NCBI GenBank assembly: GCA_951406725.2
Contig: OX597827.1
Coordinates: forward strand, 64,170,001-64,234,000
DNA from: Octopus vulgaris
Lineage: Eukaryota
Direction: 5' to 3'
DNA length: 64,000 bases
Shown here: positions 28,785 to 43,334 of the stretch, piece after piece
Numbering within the stretch: position 1 is the stretch's first letter
How the letters are laid out: every line of letters starts with the position of its first letter
Position numbers and translations under genes: made by a program
Notes under the pieces: generated by a model
What the model saw: the letters and a program-made list of their open reading frames with translations, nothing else
Database searches by the model: none
Told to the model about the DNA's origin: nothing

Positions 28785-30443
28785 CACGAAGGTACTGCCA
28801 AAAGTTCGTGTCATAAATAATAAAATACTACACATTAATTTAAACACAATATGTAAAAAATATTTTTAAAATAATTGTAGAGTTCAGCGTACAATGATAA
28901 AAATCCTGTAACTTAAGGATTTTGCAATTATAATCGTTATTACACTTATTGTTTTCTTGCTCGTCTCAGAACGAAAAATTGCAAACACATTTACTCGCAG
29001 TCAAAAGTATGATAAATGATACATGATAAATCAAGCGATGAATCTTTTATGATTTGAAGAAAGTTTATGGCAGTGAAGTAAATAGCACAAAAATCTAAAG
29101 AGAAATGAAAGAAACGTTTTTAAGAGAAGGTCGGAAATCGCCGTGTTAATATCGTAGCGAGTATCTCTCAAACATCAACAAATATGAACAACATTGTGTT
29201 GGTGATCAGTCTGTTCAAGCGGACTCAGAGAAAGAAATTTTGTGTTTGAGTCGAACATGAGCAAAGGGTCTTTTCAGTAAATATTTTGTAATTATTTGGT
29301 AATGTGTAATTTCAGATGTAACGGATTTTCTGTCATTTGTCAAGTGTTCATCGGAAAAGAAAAAACAAACTTTCGCTCAAGTTTTTCAGTGATTCTCAAG
29401 AATTGTTGCTAGTAATGAGGTGTTGCATTATGGGTGTGATGCAACATGCAAATAATATTTTATGGAATAGCGAGTTAAAGGAGCTACGCAGTCCGTTAAA
29501 CCAATAAGGACAAAGACAGGTTATATCAAGTCACATGTAATTATAATTTTATGCTTTAGTCAGGAAGGAAGCCAGTACCCTTGACCTTTTACAGGGCCTT
29601 TGAGGCTGGTAGGAGCGTGTGAAGAAGTTATCTCGAAACAGGAGGCCTGGTTCGAACGCTTACAACACAGTGGATTCCGCTAATCGTACCCAAGGTCCTA
29701 GGATGTGGTGTTAGACCGAGGAAGGGGGATTGTTTACACACAAACAGATACAGCGGGATTTGAACTCAAGATGCAAAGGGCCGAAACAAAAGCTTATAGA
29801 TATCTGGACCGTCATTCTAACAGTCTCGGTAACCCATCGTTCCGAATTGGAACATTTTATTTGACGAAGTAGGCCCAAAACTGGGTCCAAGATGGCAAGG
29901 CATTCGCCGCCTAAAGGTCCTAAAGACCTCGAGTCTTTTGAAAATATCAGTAGAGGTGAGACTATTAGTGGACAATGTTATTTAACAGCAATTCACAATT
30001 TAAGGAAAAGCATTCGTCAGAAATTATGAGGAAGATTTATTAAATGGCTTTCTGATTCATCTCGACAATGTACCAGTTGATACAAAGGGTATTTGTAATG
30101 TATCTGTTGGTTATAATCCCCTCACAGATCTCTTGTATGAAGGCCATACAGCACTGACCTAACTCAAGGAAAATGTTTAAAGGTCGTCATTCAGATAGCA
30201 TTGAAGAAATTAGTGAGTTTTTGTACACAACACCATAGTAGAAAAAGAGGGCAACGTGTTTGCAGCTGTATCTCATACCTGGCATAAACTGGCGGAGAAA
30301 TGTGTAAGCCGTTTGAGAAAGCATATTGTCAAGTCTTATTTTACGTTTAAGAATTCCGGAATTTCTTAATATGCAATACATTTCTTCATTTTGTTTTTCA
30401 CGTTGTTTCTATCTATGACACGAAATTTTAGGCAGACTTTGTA
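28785..30443 (+). mobile_element. Decayed full-length mariner (Tc1/mariner) DNA transposon
   Basis: Imperfect ~30-bp TIRs at 28785-28814 and 30414-30443. Transposase relics appear in the correct order: KRF*EGRKS, SKGSFQ*IF..YLVM, IVASNE..YGCD (IVTGDETW), FLIHLDNVP (LHHDNAP, ~30049-30075), RPYSTDL (HPPYSPDL), KGRHSDSIEEI, EKCV. Confidence 0.75.
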
Positions 30444-30489
30444 TTTTCTAGGCATATGTGTGCGTGCGCGCGCGTGTACGTATGTATAC

Positions 30490-30548
<59 letters not shown>

Positions 30549-30626
30549 TATACATATATGTAAGCATGAGTATGTATGTGTGTATATATTTATATATATA
30601 CAATATGCACTTATAAATTCATATAT

Positions 30627-30675
<49 letters not shown>

Positions 30676-30720
30676 GCAATGTATATATATATATAAGCAC
30701 ACACACGTATATATATATAT

Positions 30721-30975
30721 ATAATAATGGTATTTCTATATAAGCTTAAAGCTTATGGCGATCACCCTGCAATGACTAAAGAAAATAGTCTAATAAAGGG
30801 GTCACATAAGCCCTCGACAGAAAAAAGAAGCTTTCCTATCCCACGAGGATAAGAAAGCCTTCTTTTTTCTGTCGAGGGTTTATATGCCCCTTTATTAGAC
30901 TATTTTCCTTAGTCATTGCACGGTGATCGCCATAAGCTCTAAGCTTATATATATATATAAAAAATCATTATTATT
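30721..30975. mobile_element. Near-perfect ~215-250-bp palindrome (MITE) in a (TA)n context
   Basis: tatataagcttaaagcttatggcgatcacc..agaagctttcctatcc / ggataagaaagccttct..ggtgatcgccataagctctaagcttatata, with a short loop at ~30843. Confidence 0.85.
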
Positions 30976-31969
30976 ATTTACAGGATTGTAAAAACGACGC
31001 CGTATAAAAAGCCATTCGCATCGAAAGCATATATATATATATATATATATATATACGCTTGTATATGTATACTTGAATTCAGAATTGCTGAGGACTAAAA
31101 AGCAAAAGAGAAAATAAATGAGAAAAGTATTCTGTCATCTTACATTCCAATGTCCAGCTATGATCCTGGATATTCTAGCGTCATTCTTTTTTTTATGCCC
31201 AAAACATAAGGTAAGTCAATAAAATCAATAAAATCGATAAAACAAATCAATAAACCGATGCTATCGATAAATCAATAAAACCTCGCGTTGCTGATCGAAT
31301 CTGTTTCACCTCATTTCATTTCGATTCGCTCTAATACAGTAAACGTAATAAGCCAAGTACGTATGCGGCCTCTCTGATTATATCTAATAAATAAACTCAA
31401 TGTTGTTATCGAAGCAAGTTATCCCACGTCAGATATCTCTAAACAGACAACGCAGATGATATACACACGATAGCGATGTTACAAATATGCAACTTGCCAC
31501 AGACAGACCACGCATTTTTCTTCACTCAATTGGTTGATGTTTTGGTGGTCTTGTTATTTATTATAACGTAGTTTGTTTTGAGGTTTTTTTTTCCTTTCTT
31601 AATTCCAGAATCTTCAGACGACATAGTTACTACATTAAAGTCACCATGGCCAATATTATAAAACGATCGATTGATTCATTTGATTGGTTAATATCCCCCT
31701 TTTCCCCTCCCACCAATAACTACCTCAGTTTCTATGTCACACGTCTGTCTGCACACAAGCGAAACTTATAATACACAGACCGTCGAATAAATCATAGTAA
31801 CACACTGATGTAGGCTTTATATTATCATTGTTATCATTATTATTATATTACGTCTTCGGGTTTATGTATTCGTTTATTCGTATATTCATTCATTCGTTTG
31901 CTTGGTTTCACTTTCACTCTTATGTTTCTTTGTATACGACTCTTTCTATCTGCATCTTACGTAATTCAG

Positions 31970-32018
<49 letters not shown>

Positions 32019-33819
32019 TGTGTGTGTGGGGGGTGTATGAGTATAGTGTATGTGTGTGAGCTATCAGATAGAGAGATAAAGAGATATGAATGTTTAAATA
32101 AATGTAAATATACAAATATGCATATATATGTATGTATGCATGTATGTATGTATGTATGTATGTATATATGTATGTGTGCATCTATGTATCTCTCCCTTTC
32201 TCTCTCTCATTATATATATATATTCATATACATACATATATATATATATATATATAAATATTCTTATATACATATATATGTATGTATCTCTCTCTCTTTC
32301 TCTCACTCCCTCTCTCTCTCTCCCTATATCTCACTCCCTCTCTCTCTCTCCCTATATATATATATATATATATATATACAGTAAACGTAATAAGCCATGT
32401 GTGTGCATGTATACATATATATGTATATACATATGTACATTATATATACGCGCAGTACACATACACACAAGTATATGTGTGTGTGGGGGGGTTGTGTGTG
32501 TGCGCGTGTATGTGTGTGTGTCGCACCAACGTTTGGCAACCGATATTGGTGTGCTTATGTCCCCGTAACTTAGCGGTTCGGCAAAAGAATCAAATAAATA
32601 AGTATCAGGCTTAACAAAAGAGCTTAAGTACTGGTGTCGATCCATGCCCCAGCATGGCCGCAGTTTAGTGACCGAAACAAGCAAAAGACAATTGATAAAC
32701 GACAATAAAATTACAGAACAAGGCTTAACTAAATCGCTTCCTCTAAATCCAGTGAATTAGCGTGAGAGAGGAAAACATTTGTAAAGGATTAACAAAATCC
32801 TGCTTTTGAGTTACTTACGATGAACACACACACCACACACATACACAAACGTATGCGGACACACACATGCACATGCATACACATACACACACACGCAGAT
32901 ACACACACACTCACATACACACACATATACATTCATACACGCTTACACATTCATACACACATACACACACATACACTCACATTCACACACATACACACGC
33001 ACGCGCATACACACACACACGCACATACAGACATACACATACATACACACATACGCACACACACATGCACATACATACGCGCGCACATATACACACACAC
33101 GCAGACACACACACATACACACACACTCACATATACACACACACACATACATACGCTTACACACATACACACACACATACACATGCACACACACATACAC
33201 ACACACACGCACACACATATACACACACATACACATATTTATACGATCGTATATCTGCATATGAAACACATACGTACATACATATAAAGAAATTGCGTAA
33301 ACTCCTGTACTAAAGCGACAAAATATGCTGTAACATAAATGTACGTATATTCACATCTGTACACCGACATACGTGAAGACACTAACTCGCTCAGGTATTT
33401 ACAAATCTCTGAAACTATCTTGACGGGCTTGTTGCCTTCATAATGACTGGCAAGAATTCTCGAAGAAAAATAGAAAAATTCTTTAATTGTATACGTAACA
33501 GTTTCTCATATGCCTGGCGGTTTCTTGCATGGATAAATTATAACATACTCCCCCCCCCCCACACTGTCAGCATTAGTAATTAACCATGTAAAACTAGTAC
33601 ATCTAACTGGCGGTGGGGGTTAAACTAGATTGCTGTCTACTTAATAAATGACAGCTAATTCTGGAATTGTATATGAGTGCATTAGTGTATTAGCGATCAA
33701 GCGACAGCGGTTTTGATCCCTCGAAACGGACGTCGGGTAAATCGTTTATATATGTATACATACACGCACAAGGACAGGCACACACGTATATATATATATA
33801 CACACATACACACGTATGC

Positions 33820-33868
<49 letters not shown>

Positions 33869-34095
33869 GTATGTATATGTGTAAACTGTATTTTGTTGAA
33901 GCTGTAAAGATTTACTGACAGTTGTGCTGTTACTCAGAGTTTCACGGAACCGATCATCAGATTTTGCGTGATGATACTGGTTACGTAAAGTTTTTCAGCG
34001 TCAATGAAACTATATTTTCCTCTAACTTTGGTATTCGAGTACTCCACGTTATTTCCCACATATGTGCTGACATGCGTGTATGTATGTATGTATCC

Positions 34096-34235
<140 letters not shown>

Positions 34236-34342
34236 GAGCTTATGTGCCTCTGGCCATTTGAGTTCGATGAGTCGCCCATACAGCTAAGCGCTTTATAAGT
34301 GCGAAAGCAATGGTCACTCTCTGACCGTCCATAACAAACAAT

Positions 34343-34380
<38 letters not shown>

Positions 34381-35407
34381 CACGCATACACATACACACA
34401 TATATGTACATGCAAGTGTAATTTTACGAATTATGTAGAATGCTGTACAATATGAATAAAATAGTTTTTGAAAGGATATTTATAACATTTAACATTTAAG
34501 ATATATTTCCATCCTTGAAATATATTTAGTCTTTTTGTAGAATAATATTGGAGTGCTAATCCTACGAAGATTAGCAAGTCACGTGACTAACAGCGAGGCT
34601 TTGCGAGGCTGTGTGAGGTCTCTTCGAATTTACAATTATACTCATTTAATGGCTAATGGTTAGAGCAGTGAACTCGCGGTCGAGGGATCGCGGGTTCAAT
34701 CTCAGACCGGGCGATGTGTGTGTTTGCGAGCGAAACGCCTAAGCTCCACGCGGCTCTGGCAGAAGGTAATGGCGAACTTCTGCTGACTATTTCGCCACAA
34801 CTTTCACTCACTTTTTTCTCCTGCATCTAGTAGCTCACCTGCGATGGACTGGCGTCTCGTCCAGGTGGCCAATGAAACTGGCCCTTATGAGCCAAGCATG
34901 GGTCGAGAAGGAGCAAACAACATTTATTTAATAAGTCCACTCTCGAGCCGTTAACCATGCCTGAGCATCTCCTTAAAAACCTTTAGTCCATCAGTCAGTC
35001 GGTCAATCATATCGATTCCAAGTTTGATACTGACTTTATCTGATCTTTATTTATAGAATGGCTAAGTTAACCGAATTGAGTCATGTCCCTTTATTGACAT
35101 AAAGTTGAAATATTAACACAGTTATCAAAACAAGCTCACCTACACAGACACCGACATACACAGATACACACACATATAAATACAAGCATACAAACATACA
35201 TGCATATACATACTCACAAACATACATACGTTCATACATGCACACAAAAATATATACATACTTACTTGCATGCATACATACATACAGATACATACATACA
35301 TACATGCATACATGCATGCATACATACATACATACATACATACATACATACATGCATACATACATACATACATACATACATACATACATACATACATGTA
35401 TACATAC

Positions 35408-35650
35408 CAGAGGTTTCTGCATTTCTTTAGTTTTCCTAACTTCACTGACAAGACATTGGTCCAAAGTGCCCCGCGGTGTGATCGAAGCGACGAACCAGGT
35501 GCTAGCGAAGCGAACCCTTTAAAACCACGCATGCGTTCTTGCCCCGCCCCCCACTCCATAAATATATCGTAAATCTTTGATTCCTCCCACCACACTACAA
35601 TATCTAGCAACAAGTTACAAGTAAATAGCGACGCCGTTAGTCATGTGACT
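35408..35650 (-). promoter_or_regulatory. Candidate CpG-rich promoter and first exon
   Basis: GC box GCCCCGCCCC (35541-35550), NRF1-like CGCATGCG (35528-35535) and E-box GTCATGTGAC (35640-35649). Possible ATG CAG AAA CCT CTG|GTATGT donor at 35408/35407. Confidence 0.35.
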
Positions 35651-35989
35651 TGCTTCAAAATAAAAAAAAACAAAAAAAAAGTTAAACCGTAACTTAGCGG
35701 TTCGGCAAAAGAATCAAATAAATCAGTATCAGGCTTTTTGTCTCAATATTATTCTATGAAAAGACTAAATTCGACTTAGGTATGTATGGAAAACACGGTT
35801 TCATCTGTTGATGTAAAATCTTGAGCAATGCAGGTGGAAGACCAGTCGTAAGTGACTGTATGGATTATGGCAGGAAGTATAGGCATTTCTCACGCTTACA
35901 AACACGTACACACACACACACACATGTACACGCCTGGATGCACACATCACTCTCATACACATATATCTACATACATACATGCATACATA

Positions 35990-36021
<32 letters not shown>

Positions 36022-36212
36022 CACGCGCGCGCACACACAAATGAGGGGAAAATATGGGGAAAATTTTTTAAAAGAAAACTGTTTATGCCATCGCTTAGAC
36101 ATAAATAAAGCAAAATATAACAAAATAACAATTCCGACAATAATATGCAAATTGTGCCAGCTTTACCACCAAAAACAGGAAAAAACTTCATCACGAATAT
36201 ATATATATATAT

Positions 36213-36285
<73 letters not shown>

Positions 36286-36367
36286 TACATATATACATAT
36301 ATATATATACACATACACATATATATATATACATACATACATATATATATATATATGTATATATGTA

Positions 36368-36399
<32 letters not shown>

Positions 36400-36498
36400 C
36401 ATATATATATATACATACATATATATATATATACATATATATATTGATTTATATATATATATATATTTAGATTTAGATTTAGATATATATATATATAG

Positions 36499-36602
<104 letters not shown>

Positions 36603-36655
36603 ATTTATATATATATTTAGATTTAGATTTAGATTTATATATATATTAAACAGTC

Positions 36656-37644
36656 TTATTTTTTCTCTTGGGGTGTATTGTGATGAAATGGAATCTGGCG
36701 CAAGACCTTCCTGATGCACTTGACAAAATGAAGGCTCTTTTTAGGTGTGTGTTCCCTTAACTGGGTGTCAATTGTAGGATCTTTGCCGCAGACGCTACTG
36801 TGGAACGCTTTCTCCCCGTTCGGGTTTTGAATTTGTATTTGTAGCGTGACCTTATATGGTATTTCTAGTTTGCATTTTTCGTGGTTCATCTGCAGCTTAT
36901 CACCGCCGCAGTTTTTGCTTCCGCTCACTTTTAATACAAAGTGCATGCGAATGGTGTAATCCTTACCTCGAAGTTCGTAGTAAAATGGTTTTTCCTTTTG
37001 TTGTTGTTTCTGGTTCTGAAGATGGTTTTCCAAGAGAGAATTTATCAGGAAGTTTTTCTTGCATACTTTACAGTTGCACAGCTTTTCTCCCATATGCATT
37101 TTAATGTGCATTTTCAAATTGGTGCGCAGTACAAAGTCCTTGCCGCACAGCTCGCAGTGGAAAGGTTTCTCGTCAGTGTGTTGTGTCTTGGTGTGCATTT
37201 CCAATGTAAATACGCAAGCAAAGTCGAGGCTGCATATATCGCAGTGAAAAGGTCTTTCACCGGTGTGCGTTTTCATGTGAGCTTCAAGTCCACAGCTCTT
37301 AAAGAAATCCTTGCCGCACACCTCGCAGCGATGCAGTTTTTCGCCGATGTGCGTCTCGACGTGATGGCTCAAGGAGGAGAACAGAGGATAACTTTTACCA
37401 CAGAGTTCGCATTCGTACTCTTTACCCTCGACGTTACTTTTCGAAAGCATCATAATGGAGGCTCTTTCGAAAAAATCATTACCACATATCGTACAATTAT
37501 CAGACGACTTCTCGCTAATTTGCTTGTCATTGTCTCCGAGCTTGAACACTTTCTTAATTTGGAACGATGGTGTTGGGTGATGTTTCGAGCAGCCATCTTT
37601 GCAGTCCGTCACTTTCACTAGACTTGAACTTGTGTCCACTTTGC

Positions 37645-37693
<49 letters not shown>

Positions 37694-38062
37694 ACTGCTG
37701 CTACCAACGCCGTCCTCGTTGTTATTGTCGCCATGACCATGGCCTTCGCTGACGCAACCGCCACAACCAATACTGCCAACGCAATCACCACCACCACTAC
37801 TCCCACCACTCCCACAATCCCCACAGCTATCACAGTCACTGCTACTTCCAAGTCTTATTCCTCCTCCTGCTTTTCCTCCTCCTCCTCCTCCTCCCCCTCC
37901 TCCTTTTCCTACTCCAAACGTTTCTCCTCTGAGGATGTCCTTTTCGGCTTCCTTCGGGTCGGCTTCAAAAGCGCTACCGCGGAAGCAAGCTTCCTTATGG
38001 CCCTTGTCGGCTACTTTACTCGTACACAGCATCTTCTTGCGTGCCAATGAGTGTCTCTGCAT
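36656..38062 (-). CDS. C2H2 (Kruppel-type) zinc-finger protein, ~468 aa from the first ATG
   Basis: Four intact fingers (YECELC..HVETH, HRCEVC..HMKTH, FHCDIC..HTKTQH, FHCELC..HIKMH) with TGERP/TDEKP linkers, flanked by degenerate fingers and preceded by poly-Gly/poly-Ser tracts. First ATG is at 38062; there is an in-frame stop just upstream of 38146. Confidence 0.85.
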
Positions 38063-38326
38063 GAATCTGGATATGTCTATGTGTCTATGTACACTATATA
38101 AATATATATATGGGCTATCAGGCCGAAACTCCGAAGTCACTGTCACACCTTTTTCTTGTCAAAGTTTAATAAACCTGTACTCCAATAAAAATGACGAGTA
38201 ATTCTTTAGCTCAATGCTAAATTGCTTTTATATACATATATATATATATATATATCTTGACATAAAAACAAACATTAATATATATGAATGAATCTATAAA
38301 TATATTTATGCAGTATGTGGGCGCGC

Positions 38327-38394
<68 letters not shown>

Positions 38395-38397
38395 CTA

Positions 38398-38441
<44 letters not shown>

Positions 38442-38798
38442 CACGCTTATATATGTGCGTATATATATGCTTATGACGTGATTTTCTTTATGTATCAATG
38501 TTAATACCCGTGTGGGTGTATATATGAATGTATTTGGTATAATTTATATTTTGCTGTGATGTTCTTGTTAAAGATGGTGTTGTTGTTGTTGTTATTTTTT
38601 GTGTTTATCTATTTGGTGAAGACAGGTGCTGCCGTTCTCAGTGTTATATTAGTCTTTGTCTTAATTGTTCTTTGCTGTTAGTACTGCTGCTACTGCTGCT
38701 CCTACTGCTGCTACCATTGTATTTACTACTACTTGCTTCTGTTGTTGTTGTTGCTGTTACTATCGGTATATACGACCGCCACAGCTATAAGCGTTTAC

Positions 38799-38854
<56 letters not shown>

Positions 38855-39058
38855 AAGTTGTTGTTGTTGTCGTCTTAAGTCTGCTGTTAGCTAGTTATAG
38901 CCGGCTGGAGCCATTATAGATATTCATGCGGAGATGAAGCATGTATATACTCATATATACACACACATATATGACTACAGTTGCGACAAATTCGCGCATT
39001 CAAACAGTCACACACTCTATATGTATATATATATCTAACCTATATATATAGAGAGAAA

Positions 39059-39223
<165 letters not shown>

Positions 39224-39580
39224 AACACACTGCCAAATATGGTTCGCACAACTCTTTTTATCTATCCTTAGAATTCGCTTGCAGTTGTAACCATTCCAAG
39301 AAAAAAATATATGGAATTGATTTTTATACAGTTGTAGTAGTTAAATTTTGACGTTCCAGACAAATATGGGTTGAATAGATACATAAAGTCATAAAATATT
39401 GTGTATATATGTATATATATGTATTCTATATATATATTTCTATTTTCCCTTTTTTACAACTTTTTTCCCTTCTGCTAATGATTTCATAGATTTCCGTCAC
39501 ATGTTACCCTTCCAATTTTACTTGGGTCAGTTGAATTTATAAATTTATATAAAAATATTTATTGTTCAGAATATTCACAA

Positions 39581-39643
<63 letters not shown>

Positions 39644-39782
39644 ATTGTATTCCCCTTCGTAATGTTCGTTCGTTTGTTTTTTTTTAAATAATTTAGATTG
39701 TTTTTCCCTTTGGTCATCTATCCATAATAACGTGGGTCGTAATTATAAAAGACTATATTTTATATGCATAGATACATATACA

Positions 39783-39851
<69 letters not shown>

Positions 39852-40165
39852 TCCACTTTTTGAAGAACTTTTATTCTTGCATTTTGACTTTTAAAATTTG
39901 CTTGGGTTTGCTAAGTTTATAAATTATAACCTTCACAATATTTCCACAACCCTTTTTCGAGATAGATAGATAGATAGAAAGATAGATAAATAGAACAGTG
40001 ATGTTCGTTTGTAAGTTTCTTTGGTTTTCTGTAATTTAAAAAAGCTCATTTATAATTTTCCCATTTTGCTAATGTTTATATATCTTTATTTTATTATTAT
40101 TTGCTTGTTTTTTTTTAATATCTCATCTTTTCAATTGCGCTTCTGTTAGTTTCTGGCTTTATAAA

Positions 40166-40219
<54 letters not shown>

Positions 40220-41810
40220 AAATAGTTGTCTTTGGATTTTAAGGGCAGGGGTGTTTTTTTTTAAATGTCTTTTTAAACTGACGTCGAATGCCTGAGTTTT
40301 TAAATTTAAGATATTTTTGTTTTTCCCTTGTTGCTTACAAGATTTTGAAAAATGAAACTTTGAAAGCTACTCAGAATTATTTCTCAGTCGTTCATCCATA
40401 GTAATTCTTTCATGTCAGATAAACGAGAGTAACGCAGCAACGAGAGCTGCTGTTACTGCCATTATTGTTGTTGTCATTACTGTTGCTGTAGCTGCCGTCT
40501 TGTCGTCGTCGTTGTTGTTGTTGTTGTTTGTTGTTCATGGAGAGAAATTTCTTCATTGACTTGCAGTTTGAGTGACAGGAAATGACGTCTGCAGCAAAAT
40601 TTTTATTTGAGATTTATAGTGAGAGACAGGGAAACTGAGAAAGAATGAGATTCAGGGAAACAAATTAATATGAAGAAAAAAAAATCTATAAATAATTTAG
40701 CTCAGTCGGTCAATCAGCTATTATTATTATTGAAATTATTTATTCTATTTGTTACGTGTGAAGAACTGATGTTCCCTCTCACAACGAAGACCTACCCATC
40801 AATACATAATGTATTTGATTAAGCCGCTATTGTGTTTAGGTCAAAGGTAGCAACTCAAGAAAAAAAAACTAGCAAAGACGAAGGAAAAAATAGAGGTAGA
40901 CAACGAGGATGGGTATAAGGCAATGATATTGAATAACGTTTTAAATGTCTTTCGCAAAGGTGTGTAAGGAGTGGGGGATGGATGTAGTTATCGATTTGTG
41001 CGAAGAGAAATACCCATATTTGTCTAGGGCAGGATAGTATGAACGTCAGCCATAGCTACGGTGGAGTAGCAAAGGGCGGTAGAAATATATCATAAAATAT
41101 GTTATGGAAAATTTCATAAACTTACGAAATATTTAAAACGAAAACTGGATCACGAAATTCAGTTCACTGGGAGCTAACGGCATACACTTTGTGATGGTGC
41201 TCACTGAGATGACAGAAATGAGCAAAAGCTGAAAAATGTAAAAATATCAAAACAAAAAAAAAAAATACTCGAAAAATAAAAATGGACGAAAATATTTGTA
41301 GGGTAAATAAAATGAAGTAAAAGAAATAAACAATGGATAAAGAAAAAAGAAAAAAAAAGGAAAATAGACAGAGGATTCTTGTTATCTTTCAGTAATAAAG
41401 TTCTCTGTCTGTCACCGAGCGATTTTGAGCCAATTTCTTTTCATAGATAGTCAATCACTTGGGCTATTATATAGGTCTATTTGTAGTTTCACTTGGTTAT
41501 TGTCCAGATCTTATTGATTTGAAGATGTGACACCCTTCACTTTGACTTATAATAGTTTATCTTTCTTTCCTTTTCTTAATTTTTTTCTTCTGGAAATAGG
41601 AAAAAAAATCTGGCTTGCTTTGGTTTTTACATCGCTATATTAAATTGTCATCTATTATCAATTTGCTTTCTTTTTTTGTTTTCTTATTAGGTTTTTGGTT
41701 TAAATAGAAAAAAATAGGCCACTGAAGAAAAAGCAAATACGATAGGGGAATTAACACGTCATTGCTATAATTGTGGCTCAAATAGATCCGAAAAGCAATG
41801 CAGAAATGCC

Positions 41811-41856
<46 letters not shown>

Positions 41857-43294
41857 CTGAAAATATTACAAATTTAACAGGATCCTAGTTTTCAAATTCT
41901 GGTTTCCGTCCCCTACAATATATCATTGCTAATCATAAATAACGCTCATAATAAAAAGTCTCAACTTGCAGTTACTTGAGGTCTCTGTAAGAAACTTGGA
42001 ACATCTCCTATGAAACAAAGTAGCAACAATGTAAATAACAATAACAATAATTATAACTGAAATAAGAATTCTGACTAAATTAGTACTGATCAAGCTGAAC
42101 TTCCATCCAATGTTTGCTCAATTTTCATCACAATTTTACGTCTACCTTCAGCTCAATCTCAATCTGATTTTGAGTCCAAATTCGGCTCAATTTCCGTCAA
42201 ACGTTTAGTTTCAATAGTTCCTTTCTGTCTCAATTTCAAATGCAATTTTAGCTCAGTTTTAATCCAGTATTTGTACAATTTCAGCTTCGTTTCAGTTCAG
42301 TTCTCATTGTTAAATTTTCTTGGTGTTGAAGACGGAGGATCGATTTACTTGAAGCGTTTCCAAATAGTACAAAAGTAATTCATTTTGAAAGTAGGTATAT
42401 ATTTTTCTTTTACGTACATTGATATGTGTTACATATATATATATCATACATTGAAGGAATTATATTCCAAGCTACCTCTTCATGAAGCAGATCTGAATAT
42501 TATTTTATGTCTGAAGGTTTACAGATAGGAGATGTTCTGCATGTATGAGCATATATGTATATACCTATTATGAATTTGTTATATTTACATCATCATTAAC
42601 ATTAATATTTATATTTATAAAATGTATTTCCCATATTGTAATGAAACACGTGTAACACAGTATTAAAATATTACCACATGTTCTAGTCTTGTTTTAGTAT
42701 ACAAATGCTTTGTGAATACGTGTGAGAGTTGGTTCTTTGCTTAAATGTTTCGTCCTGTATATCTACGAATAGTTAAGCAGTTATACATGTATTAGTATAT
42801 ATATATATGTGTGTAAAATAGTTCCGTTTTATTTGTTCACGGGTATTTAATGATAGTCTGATTTAGACAAAATCACATGACTTCACTGAATATGTACGTT
42901 CTTAGTATATTTTTTTTTTTTTGTGAGAGGCGTTAGTTTGTAGCTTAAATATTTGTTTCTGCACTTTCTTTTTCCCTGAATTTTTATACCCTCTTATTTC
43001 TCATATATTTCATACAATATACACCGGCTATCTTCAAAATGCATTGGTAAATTCAATAAATATTTATGTGTCAACATATATATATAAAATACATATATAT
43101 GTATATGTATGTACGAATGTTCGTATATGTATGTACGAATGTACGTAAATGTATATGTGTATGTTTGTGTGTACGTATGTATGAATGTGTAAACAGTTTA
43201 AATTATGTGACTATAGAGTGAAACTGCTGCCGATATTTAAAGAGTTTTCCATCGAAGATGGCATGAAAGTATTATCATAAATAGTAACCACAAC

Positions 43295-43334
<40 letters not shown>

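Noticed and set aside
30187-30381. Apparent minus-strand exon or ORF with a GTATGA donor
   Set aside because: It lies antisense within the decayed mariner.
36856-38201. Plus-strand ORFs overlapping the zinc-finger gene
   Set aside because: Antisense shadows of the C2H2 CDS and its triplet repeats.
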